From Psammoneis japonica (taxonomy: Eukaryota), in NCBI GenBank assembly GCA_008632985.1, contig QPGO01000172.1, forward strand, positions 62,001 to 126,000: DNA of 64,000 nucleotides, in the 5' to 3' direction. Every line of letters begins with the position of its first letter. The stretch's first letter is position 1. Under the pieces are notes generated by a model. That model saw only the letters and a list, made by a program, of their open reading frames with translations, did no database searches and was not told where the DNA came from. Positions 51,207-62,252 of the stretch are shown here, in pieces. The position numbers and the translations under genes are program-made.

Positions 51207-53408
51207 TCAGTGCTCCGCTCTGGTGCAACTCGCGTTTCCAGTTTCCATGACAAGGCGGCAGGACAGATTGTGGCAATGACACGTTACTTGAGATTTTTCT
51301 GCTTCGTTTTTTCTCGCTCCGCTTCTCCCGTATTCTTGGAAAGTGGAGACGCGGTTGTTGCGGTTGGAGCTTTTGTTACCGATAGAGGTGGTTCGTCCGT
51401 TGGTTCTTTCGTTACGGTCGTCAGTAGTCTTGGTGCTCAAGTCTCTCTCTTGGGTTTCCGTGTCCGTTTGAGATACTTCCTCTGCAGTCGACGCCTGCTT
51501 TTCCTTATTCAAGGATGTAGACTTTGCACTTGCATCCTTAGTCGAAGAAGACGCTCTGATGCTCTCGCTCGAACCGGCTTCTTCCTTTGATGCCTCGTTG
51601 GGGCGGCCCTTCGCCGTAGTTTTCGATTTTCGTTTTGTGGTCTTGGCTGCCTTTGAAGCTGGCGCTGCTGTTTTAGTGCGGTCTCGTTCCACAGCTGCAA
51701 CATCAATGTGCATACACTTGAGACCCGAGACAAACACAGGATCCTGAACAACTTCTGGGTATTTGAGCAATATTTGCTTCAACTCCTCCCGTGCTTGAAC
51801 TTTGGTTTCGGCATCAAGAGCCTTGTGCAACATGGCGATGCGTTCGTTTGTGCGTTCCTCCTCGACAATGGCTCTCTCAAAATTAGGCAAAACTTGTGTC
51901 GGAAGCATAACATCGGCGCGGGGTATTCCATCCAACATACAATACAATCTAGTTGGTTCTTTCGGTTGCGGCTGCCCCGGTATCGGGCTCTTGATTGTCA
52001 CCTGCACAACACCCGTTGCCACCAACACTTCAACAATATGTTGCAATGTATTGGGTCCCAGTATGACATGCCCACCACGTGGTATGTAAGACTCTCGAGA
52101 CGATTGTATTGGTGGGAGATTGTATTCCAGTTGCTCCAGAGAAGGCGGCCCGTCTGTACAAGTACAGGGAAGAAAGAGTACGAGGTGAGCTTCGTTGCGA
52201 GGAAGCATTGAATCATCAACACCACAAATCCACTTACACGTTTGTAGCAGGGACATTATGTCATGAGAAGTTTGAACTACAACTGGGTCCGCAAGGGGCA
52301 TGTGCGGTGTTACAGGAACAGCACGTGACGGATTGCCGCTGGTATCAGCTGCGACTTTGCGCTTCTTGCTCGTCGGCTCACCAGGCGGAGTTGTGTTTGC
52401 ATGCTTCTTGTCACTGATACCTTGACTTGTCCCTTGCTCGGCGTCGGTGGCGATTTTCTTTACGCCATGTTCTGATGCAGTTGAAGATTCTCGTACTGCT
52501 GCTGCTTTCTTAGACACGGTTGGAGTCGTCTTATCCGCGGTCGATGTGTGGGACTTCTCAGCAGGATGATTCTTACTGCTTGCAGCAGCCGGTTTCTTCG
52601 CAGATGACGATGAATGTTTTGCTACCGACGGTCTGTCAATGGTAGCGAAGTTTTTTTTGCTCTTCAAAAATCGCGATACTGAAAACACTTATCGAAAATC
52701 GGCTTTCGTCACCCACTACATGACACCAAGTTGCAGTGGGTGACGAAAGCCGATTTTCAATATCGGCCATTGTGGAGGCTCCAGAACAATAGCAAAGTCT
52801 TATCATAGAAACAAGCTGTCCCTAAGTAATTTATATAGTATACAAATCTGTATGACCTTTCCGAACTCCGGATTAAATGTCATATTTTTTATAAAATTAA
52901 TAATCGAATATAAACATAAAAATTAATTACAGATAATCGAACATAACAGTTATTTTTTCTTAAAAGCAACTAACAAGTTTTCAACGAAAAACATTCGCTT
53001 TCCAGTCACCCCGACCGATGCCGGCACAACATGCGTTGGACCTTATTCAGCTCGTCACGAGCTTTCGATCGACATGTGGGTCATGGGGTCTGCGAGGTCA
53101 TCCTAAAAAAAACTTCTCAACCATTGACAGACTGTCGGTGCATTGCAGCTTGCACCCCGTGAAAGAGGTGCATTGCAGCCGTAGACCTGGCATGTTGACG
53201 TCACGCGCACATTTTGTGCCACAACACTGTGCAAATCACCTCGTCCCGTGACGTCATCACTCTCCGAAATTTTTGCGCAACGAGCCGAAGGAGTTTTTGG
53301 TGGGTGACCATGATGAACGCGCAATGATTCTGGTGGCAAACAGCAAGTTTGTTCTCGACGGCACATTGTAGAACTGCCATGTTTTCTTTCCTTCATTGAA
53401 GCGTGCAA
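51207..53408 (-). pseudogene. Hypothetical protein split by a TA-target MITE; 5' part hypermutated
   Basis: Removing 52625-53138 and one TSD fuses ORF 53103-53408 (..RGASCN) in frame to ORF 51207-52688 (VAKHSSS..). Confidence 0.65.
52625..53138. mobile_element. 514-bp MITE with ~34-bp TIRs and TA target duplication (Tc1/mariner-type target)
   Basis: ccgacggtctgtcaatggtagcgaagtttttttt ... aaaaaaaacttctcaaccattgacagactgtcgg. Flanks are TA (52623-24) and TG (53139-40). AT-rich core with a 24-bp-stem hairpin at 52694-52758. Confidence 0.8.
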
Positions 53409-53806
53409 CTTTTATGGTGGAAAACTGTCAAAAACATCTTGTTCACAGCTTGCAAACTTGGAGGACCCATGCAAAATCCCCCTTGTCACAAGTCGAAGTT
53501 GCATCTGGACAGAAGTTCCAGTTGCCCGAAGTTCAATGCTTCAATGGATTTGGGCCACATTGATCTTTGGGAACTGTTCTGAAGAGAAGCGTCGTGAAAT
53601 GACGACGAGAGCATCCATTTTGATGCTTCCGATCATGAGTCAGATGCCGGAACATGTGTTGTGAGGTGAGCACTCGAGGCCAAGCTTCACAACATTTTCT
53701 TTTGTTTTCCTCACAAAATCCTTTGTTTTCGACTTCTTCATTGTTGGGGTGAAGCTTTCTGGCTTCTCGTTTCATGAAGAAAAAGAATCAGAAGAGTTCT
53801 GCTGGT

Positions 53807-54202
53807 GACGGGTTCCAGTCCTGGGTGGGACTTTTTGTGACATTGGGCCCGTAGAATTCTGCGTGCTAGCTCCGCAGTAAAATTGTCAAGCAATGGATGT
53901 GTGAATGATCGCCAACAGAAAAAGAGGCAATTTTGCGAACGCATCTCCTCCTCCACACTTGAAGCACATTCTTTGCAGCATGCCCGGGTGTGTTCTTTAG
54001 ACAATGAAGAACACACCCAGTGCATTTTTATTGACACAAGTGCAGATGACAGAAAGCCTTTGGCTTCGCAAAACAGGCAGTGTGGAACAATTTTTTACAA
54101 TGGAACACGTGGAAATGTGCGTGCGAAACACATGACGGATGATAAAAAACAATTGTGTCACAGTTCAGTGGCACGAGGTCCCACCTAGAGCTGGAACATG
54201 TC
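53807..54202 (+). mobile_element. GAC-terminal MITE, subfamily 2, copy B (396 bp)
   Basis: gacgggttccag...ctggaacatgtc; TSD tggt/tggc (1 mismatch); colinear with copy A. Confidence 0.9.
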
Positions 54203-55571
54203 TGGCCGAAGAGAGTGTTTTTCTCTCATTTTTTGGCACCTCAGAACCGCGAGTCATTCGAGGGCCGGCAGTTTCACATCAGCGGTTGTTGTTCTAAGAG
54301 ACTCAGTCATTTTCGAGTTCAACATTGTGTCTTTGAGACTTTCAGGTCTTTCAATGGAAAGCAACCGATCAAAAGGACACCATCATCTCGCAGAAGTGGG
54401 TCAGACTCGGATGTTTGCGTGGTGGCTGGAAAGCACACCAGGACAGAGACGTCCATCGTCAAGGCCAGATGAGCTCCAAAGCATGCTCTTTTAACACTCA
54501 TTGGATTTGTGTCGAAATGCTCAAGCACAAATTGTAGAATTGGCCACACACTGGGTTGCGTTTGGCTCTCCATCGAGCCCAGACCCAATCTGAAGGAATC
54601 GAAGTGCGCAACGAGTGTTGGGGCAACACCATCATTAAGACAGCTCCCCACTGAGAAATCACAGTGCTTCAAATTGTCTTGCTGGCTTGTGTGACAGGTT
54701 CAAATGCTTTGGCAAGGTGTTGGTTCCCCTGCTGCATCGCAGGCGCAGCGAAACCCAGAGAGTGCGTTCCGTGACTCAAACCAAACGTTTGAGGACCCTC
54801 TCCTTGCAGCAGTTGTCACTGTTTTCTTAGATGAACCAGCTTTAGAGCCCTGGATGGCTGGCTCAGGTGTGTGTTGCATCAATGATGGAGTGCTTGTGGT
54901 TGCCATGTCACTCAAAGAACTTCTTATGTTGGTTTGGTCGGATGAGCCTGACCCGTCAAAAATCTCCATTCCAACAGCTTCCGGCATCTCAAGCACTTGA
55001 AAAACTTTGTCATTCATCCCAACCACCAACAACAATTGCTTTTGACCACACATGGCAACAAAGGAGTTGCCGGTGGCATGCACCTCTGCTGGTGAGGTCT
55101 TGGGCAGATTCGCACTCAGCGGCAACGACAACACGCGAATGTGGGTGAGTCAGTGAAATGCAAAAAACATCGCTCAAATCGAAACTTTGAGGAGGAATCG
55201 CCACACAGTGTCCTTCTGTTGGGAACAACAGAGACTGTTGCACCCCGATTCCTCCTCAATTGTCAACATTGACAACCTCGGAACAGTGCATTCGTCATGG
55301 TCGACGGCTTTTTTTTCCTGCACAAAAAGCACGGAGAACGCGGATGACGGACAAGCAAAAATCAAAAACATTTAGTCGAATTGTTCGAGCTGTGATGCAA
55401 CTCTCACGCAGAACTTTCACAGAGTGCTTGTCACGCAGCCAACCTAGATGTCGTGTTGATCCTGTGCAACTGGCAGGAAAATTTATTTGCCATGCAAAAG
55501 GCCGAAGTAAAAGACTCAAACACATCATCAACAAAACACACAAAGCAATTGACATTTGACATGCACATCCA

Positions 55572-58500
55572 TTGTGACGACTCCGTCCTGACAAGCGACC
55601 CCACAATGAAACCCTTGTCGAAGTCAATCGCACTGCGGTGCGCTTTGAACTCCTTGACAAGTTTTTCAATTGCCTCCAGAGACATGGCATCCTGCTTGAT
55701 CTCTTGAGAGATGCCAGGCTGTGAAAGAACCATGCAAGCACAAATGTGTCGTCGAGCGCATCAAGAAAACTTGCGAATTCTCTCAGTGGCAAGCACATCG
55801 GCCGGTGATGATTCTCACACCAGCGCTCTAAAGTTCTTTTTTCCCTTTTTCCTTGACAAAGGTTGCAGACGATGGCATTGCTTTGCCAGTCCCCAGGAAC
55901 ATTCTCTGTGCCTTCCCCAGCCATTTCTGGATGACACTTGGGCGTTCGATCGATTGTCACACCCATTTTTCGACCCATCGTTTGCAACAACGTCTCCTCA
56001 TTGACGAAATCATCGCAGGTAGACATCAAGTGTAGCAGAGATGTGGACTTGTCAATCTCGCCGTCTGCACCCTTTGTGCCATCCATTGCACACTTGCTGG
56101 GGTTGTTTGGATCAATGAATCCACGCTCGTGCAAGATTTGCTTCAAACCTTTTGCTTTGTCGCACCATCCATGCTTCACTTTTTGAACCGTTTCTTCCAC
56201 AGGTGCGTTGTTGATCTTGGCCACATCAATCAAATCATCCTTCTTCTTGCTCCTGATGTTCTTGACATTCTTTTGCAGGAGTTTGTCACAGAGTTCAGGG
56301 CGCGAAAACTTCCGAGTTTCAGTTTCTCCTGCGACAGGTGCGTCACACTTCTCGGCTTGTCATTGCTCCGGTGTCATCCAATGCGGCCCCTCATCATTCT
56401 CACCAAAAACCATTGTCTGCATTGATCCTGCAGACAGCACTCCAATGGCCTCAGCACATGGGCCTAGAAAGCCCTCTGCCTGCAGAATCTCAGTGGGGTG
56501 CATTTTGCTCTGGCTGCCGCCAACGCCTGCGTTCATCGTGCGTTTGTCACAAATCAGTCCGTCGGCTCTCTGCTTGTCATGCCCGCAAGAATGGTCAAAG
56601 AGGAAATGACATTCAAGCTGTGGACACATGACCTTCAAACAGTCGACACAATCCTCCAGCTGGACCAACATGTGGTTGTAATTCCAGTGGCCTTCGTTGT
56701 TGGCGCCACATTCAAACTCACAAAGAAACGGGCTCTCAGTCAGTTTTGGCTTGTGTTGCTTTTTACCAAACACCACTTCTGCGGCTTCTTCATCGGTGTG
56801 GCATTTGCCTGCACGAGTTGCGTTTGTCTCTGCAAGCTGCTCTGGTGACACATCGGCATCACGCATGAGGCCAACCTCTCGGCACTGGAACAAGGACTCC
56901 ATTGCGCCTTCACCGTCATCTTTTGGCAGCAGAGGTCTTTCACCGTCAGGACCTGACCAAGATTTTGTGCTGAGCAAGCACTGCTTGAAAATGGCTTCGT
57001 CTTGTCCAAAGATCATAACTGGCTTTTCATTTGGGTCCTTGCGCACGCTTTCGCTCCCCCCAAATTGCACAGACAGCTTCTCGGCGAGGATTGGATGGGT
57101 GGGGTCTATGACGGTGTCGACGTGGCATTCCACAAAATCGTCCCCATCAACTTGGCATTCACACCCTGCTTTGGCTGGGAGTGCTTCAGCCGCGATCAGG
57201 TCCGTTGCAACAGCTTTTGGTGGCTGCACCCAGCGCAAGGTGCATCGTTCTTTCGTGAGGCATCTACGGACCATTGCATTCCTGCACCTCACATTGTCCG
57301 GTCGTTCATGATTGTCAACGCAGTGCATCTTTTTGTTTGGTCCATGTTTGAAACCAAACTGGTTCATCCAATTAGAAACAGCATTGGAGGAGATGCTTTG
57401 TTGGTTTTCCCCGGCAAGCAATCCATGCTGATTCAGGAACTCCCGCTCCGATTGAAAAATTTCCTCCCCGTTCTTGCAGCGGCCTTCATTCTCTCTCTTT
57501 GAGAATTCCGGTGCGAGCATTTCGTGGAAGTGGTCTGCGGCCACCTCAGTGGAAAGTCGAGATAGATTGGATGACATGAACTCAATGAATTTCTGCTTCA
57601 TCTTCGGGTGCACTTGGAATGCCGGTGGATCTCCCTTTCCTTTTGGGCGCGGGTGCGAAAATGAATTTAGGCACCTGAAGATCTCATGCCACACAGCTGC
57701 GGTTTGGCAACTTTTTACAAAGTCAACACCTGCACCGCTAAGATCATCTGTGGCCAGCTGGCAACACTGCAGCCAGGCAGTCTTCCCTTCCGGCAGCCTC
57801 TTCAACGCGCAGTCCAGAGCAATGGCGAGACACTGGCATCGCAGCGCAGTCCAGAGCAATGGCGAGACACTGGCATCGCAGTCGCATCACGTGCACGTCG
57901 TTCTGCATGCAAAGATCATCGACGCGTTCCAGCCCCAGGTGGGACTCCGTGTGACATTGGGCCCGTAGAATTCTACGTGCGAGCTCCGTAGTACGAGAAT
58001 TTAATTAATGGATATATTTATCTTCAACATCAAATAAACGGCCAAGTTTGTGGTGCAATTATGCCTCTTACCACTCGACGTTTTTGCAAATGCACCTGCC
58101 CTACGCGATTCTTAAGACATTATAGAATCGCGCTGTAACAAAAAATGTCAAAAGTTTTTGGACGGATCGCTCAATAAGTGTACCGTAAAATGACACAAAA
58201 TATCAAAAAATCACGTAGAATTCTACGTGCGCGACATGCGACGAGATTCAAAAAACTGTCGATGTCACAGTTCAGCAGTGCGAGATCCCACCTAGACCTG
58301 GAACGCGTCCATCTGGATCCCCACCTTCAATGACTTCTTTCCATCCATCACAAGATGCAAAACCAGTTGTTAACTTGTCAATCCGTTTCTCCATTGCAGC
58401 TTTTGCACTCTCCCCGTCTGCTGCATTAAAAAGACACTTCACCCTCTTGTCATCCCAGTGGCTGCCGACAATCTGGGTCAAATTGTCAGTGTCAGAGTCC

Positions 58501-59201
58501 TCACCAGAGCTTTCTTTTTCTTCTTCTCCTTCTTTTGATGCGTTGCTGTTTGTGTCTTCTTTTCTTTTCTTTTGCTTGTGCTGGTTTTTGCTTGTCGTTT
58601 TTACCAGCGCTCCTGCATCATGCACCAACGGCCGTTTGTTCATGCCGTCTCGAGTTGCCGCTTTCTCCTCGTGTTTCTTCAAAGCCAGCATCACATCAGT
58701 GAGTTCTTTCATCTTTCCAGGAACAAACTTTGGCACTTCTCCTTCTTCACAGGCACAGTGGGCCACGACGTTGGCACTCTTCTTGCCATCGCACTGGCCC
58801 TTGAATTTCTTGCGAAAAATTCCCTGCATGTTCTCATCTGCTGTGTCTTTGTCAACATTGGGGAAACCCTTGGATGCTGCTGAATTCAGTGCTGATGCAT
58901 TCAAGGTTGTGTCCTTGTCAAATGTGCACGCTTCTTTTAGCATGTGGACAAAGCAATTTGCTTCCATCCATTTGCAATGAAACGTGGGGGTCTTGCACGC
59001 TGCCATGAACTGGGAAGTGACAATTCCGGTGGGTGTCGATCGAGACACTCGGAGCACATCACCTTGGTGGCTCATGATGACAGTTTGCAAGCGATCTGCA
59101 AACAAACCTCCAAGTGGACGCAATTGGGAGTTGTCAAAAAACGCACCTTTCGGGCAGCGCCATTTTGGTTCGATGCTTGTTCTTTTCCCCGTGCTTTTCA
59201 C
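55572..59201 (-). pseudogene. DDE transposase (IS630/Tc1-like), hypermutated, split by MITE D
   Basis: FGQDEAIF, GHWN, FLFDHSCGH, KGLKQIL.ERG, TPKCHPEMAGEG and KAHRSAIDFD. In-frame TGA at 56360, a 37-bp tandem duplication (57809/57846) and a frameshift near 55905. Confidence 0.85.
57921..58309 (+). mobile_element. GAC-terminal MITE, subfamily 1, copy D (389 bp)
   Basis: Same TIRs as copy C; TSD catc/catc; excision restores the transposase frame (GDPDDLC). Confidence 0.95.
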
Positions 59202-59553
59202 ATCCAGAAACGGCCGCCAATGACGTCATTTTTGAAAAGTCACAAAATTCCAGTGTGTTCCACACAATTTCTGCTGCATCTGCATTTTCTGCGTGACAAG
59301 CTGTGCCTGCACTATGACGTTAGCCGGGTGGGGCCAGTTGGTCGCGCACGTTTGGGTTCGATGCAGCCATGCAACCAGCCATGCCCTGCAGGAAGAGCTG
59401 TTGGTGGCGCGTGAGCAGAAGCAACAAAGCAAAGAACACGGCGTGGGTCAAAACGTTGTAAAATGACGCAACAACAAGCAGCGAGAAGAAACCCAACTTG
59501 ACCCATGAATGCAGCGCATGCATGTTGTCCAACCACTTCAATGGCACCTCGCA

Positions 59554-59943
59554 GACGTGTTCCAGGTCTAGGTGGGACCTCGTGCTGCTGAACTGTGACA
59601 TCGATGGTTTTTTGAATCACATCGTATGTCGCTCATGTAGATTTCTACATGATTTTTTCTACATTTTGTGTCATTTTACGGTGCACTCATTGAGCGATCC
59701 GTCCAACAACTTTTGACATTTTTTGTTGCTGCGCGATTCTACAATGTCTTAAGAATTGCGCAGGGCAGGCACATTTGCAAAAACGTCGAGTGGCAAGAGG
59801 CATAATTGCACCACAAACTTGGCCGTTTATTTGATGTTGAAGACAAATGTGTCCATCAATTAAATTCTCGTAATGCGGAGCTCGCACGTAGAATTCCACG
59901 GGCCCAATGTCACACGGAGTCCCACCCAGGGCTGGAACGCGTC
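59554..59943 (-). mobile_element. GAC-terminal MITE, subfamily 1, copy E (390 bp)
   Basis: Reverse-complement copy of C/D; TSD cgca/cgca. Confidence 0.95.
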
Positions 59944-61685
59944 CGCATTCCCAGCTTGTAGATGAGGGGACGGGTTCGCGTTTCTCGCCATGGTGTTGTT
60001 GTGCGTTGTCGTGTTGTTTGAGCGCAAAGAACACGGGATCTATTTGTCCGACAGTGACTCTGTTTTGGCAATGGCAGATGTTTTGCTGTGTCCAATCTGC
60101 GCACATTCTGAGAAGCACTTCGCGACAACTCTGTTCGCACCGTTAAATGGCAATTTTTTTTATTCAGATTCCAGAGTTCTTTCGGGGTGTTCTGCAAGAT
60201 TTTTGAATTGGCACACACACACATTCGAGGCACAAGCAAATTCAATGACATGTAAAATCCTCAGAGACCACAACAAATTTGTCTTCCGTGTAGACCATGT
60301 GGATTGTGTGCCGGCCGAAAATCCACCGCCTGTCAACTCATCAGCAGCAATTCTGCGCATGTTCTACTTGCACCTCACACACGCACACATGCCTGCACAG
60401 TCTGACAACTGCGCAGACGTGCGCGAGATCAGAGCCAGAATTCGACAAAGCTTTTGAGCTTGCTGAAGGAGGAGCTGCACCCGGGGCTGTGGTGAGGGAC
60501 GACTCGTTGTTCTTGCCGACATCGAGTGCCGATTTCATTGGGGGCAAGCTTGGGTTTGTCTTTGTGTCGTGCTTGGATTCCGAGGTGCATGTGATTTTCT
60601 TTTTCTCATCTGAAACAGAAGGAGTCTTCGTGGTGGAGTCGACACCAGGGTTGTCCTTGGCAGAACAAGAGGCAGGGGCTGCTGGCACGGTCGTCGTCAT
60701 GGTCACTCTTTCGAAATGTGCACGCAAGCAGGGGTCATAGACTGCACGCATGCACTCCAATGCTGGCACTGAGTCCACACAAACAAAAGCAGCGAAAGTC
60801 TGTCCGCACTCCCAAAAAGCAATGCTGCATGCAAGGCATTGGAGTCTTGAATGCATGACGCGATTTACATTTTTGTTCGACTTTGAGGATGTCAGGCAAT
60901 GACAATGTCACATGCAGTCTTCAGGGCAACATGAATCTGAGTGCATGATGCACTCGACACCTCAAAAGGTTGGTGGCTTTCTGCGCAGCCTGCGCAAGTT
61001 GAAGTGAAACATCATCATGCTCGCCTGCCAAGCAACCACTCAAATTTTCAAAAAAATCCACACAAATTCGTGCTTTCTCAAACCCCTCACCTGTGCCTCC
61101 CAGCACCTGGCATGACGAGAAAGTGAGGGACCTGCATCCTTTTTTAAATCAAGCTCCCAGACACCCTCCTGGACAACATGCCGAAAAAGGATGCAGGAGC
61201 ACAAGGAGGAAGATCTCGTTTGCACCAAGAGTGTCAGCACACTCTCCATGAGATGGAAAAGGAAGAGTGCAGAGAAGGGTCTCTGATCATGAAATGGAGC
61301 AACCCAGCAGGAAGAAGAACTTTGTTGAACACTTTGAAACCACACTCAAGAAGCTGCCAATTTGGCTGGTTTTTCCTTGGTTGGATGGAAAGACACAGTG
61401 GGAAGCTGGACCCACCACATGAGCTGTCGTCATCCCAAAAGACAGCGCTCCTTCTGAAATGGGAGATGACTGTCAAAAGCGGTTTTTTCGAGTTGGTGAA
61501 ACATCTTCACTCAATTGGGGTCTGCAACAACTTGAGCAAGACTTGGTGATGTGACCCATCTGCTCACTTGCAGATCTTGCAAAGTCAGACAAGAGCAGCT
61601 TTCTGATGTGTGAGAACCATGTGCTCCATCTCTCTTGTGGCAAAACAAGAAATGAAATTGAGGAAAGCAGGAGGGGGGCAAAAAG

Positions 61686-62252
61686 TTGGACACTGGACTG
61701 TTTGTTCAAAAAGGTGTTTGTTGCTGCCAATGTCGTGAGGAGTGCAGGATGCTTGAGTGCCAGCAGCAGCATTTTGCAGGCTCGCCAATTGGCCAACACT
61801 TGGATTTTGTTTCTTCTCTGCTTTCTGGATTCAACAGCTCTCCACTTGGGGCAGCTTTGCACCAAGACCAAGCAGGCATCATGGATGAGCTTCTAAAATT
61901 CAATCCTGAGGTTGTTGATGTGCTTGTGGAAGAGGGCATGACTCCTTTGATTGCTGCCATGGAGTGGGGCAATGTGGAGGGGGCAAGAGTTCTCTTCCAG
62001 CATGGCGCCAATGCCAGCTGCAATGATTCCTCCACTTCTAGAATGGCATGCCAAGGAGCAAATTCAAAAGCACAATGTCTGCCAGCTTGCATCAACCAAA
62101 CAAATGAGCTGCAGAGGGAGGCGGGGCAGCACCTGGTGTCTTTCACAATCGCGACATTCTGTGTTCGGCAATCAATTGAATCGACTGACTCGCTGCGTTG
62201 GTGTTTGCGTCAATCTGCAAAGTTGGCAAACTCGAAGTGGAACACCAAATGA
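61686..62252 (+). pseudogene. Ankyrin-repeat protein fragment, hypermutated
   Basis: SSPLGAAL...IMDELL and GMTPLIAAMEWGNVEGARVLFQHGAN. Confidence 0.75.

Larger units (their letters stand above)
55426..59301 (-). mobile_element. IS630/Tc1/mariner-like DNA transposon (candidate ends)
   Basis: 13-bp inverted match gcttgtcacgcag (55426-55438) / ctgcgtgacaagc (59289-59301) brackets the transposase; TSD not resolved. Confidence 0.55.

Noticed and set aside
57921..58309. MITE as an introner or spliceosomal intron
   Set aside because: No GT...AG pair that cleanly restores the frame was evident at the termini
57921..59943. Composite transposon formed by inverted MITEs D and E carrying ORF 58272-59201
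   Set aside because: Each copy has its own 4-bp TSD, and the ORF is the N-terminus of the transposase interrupted by D
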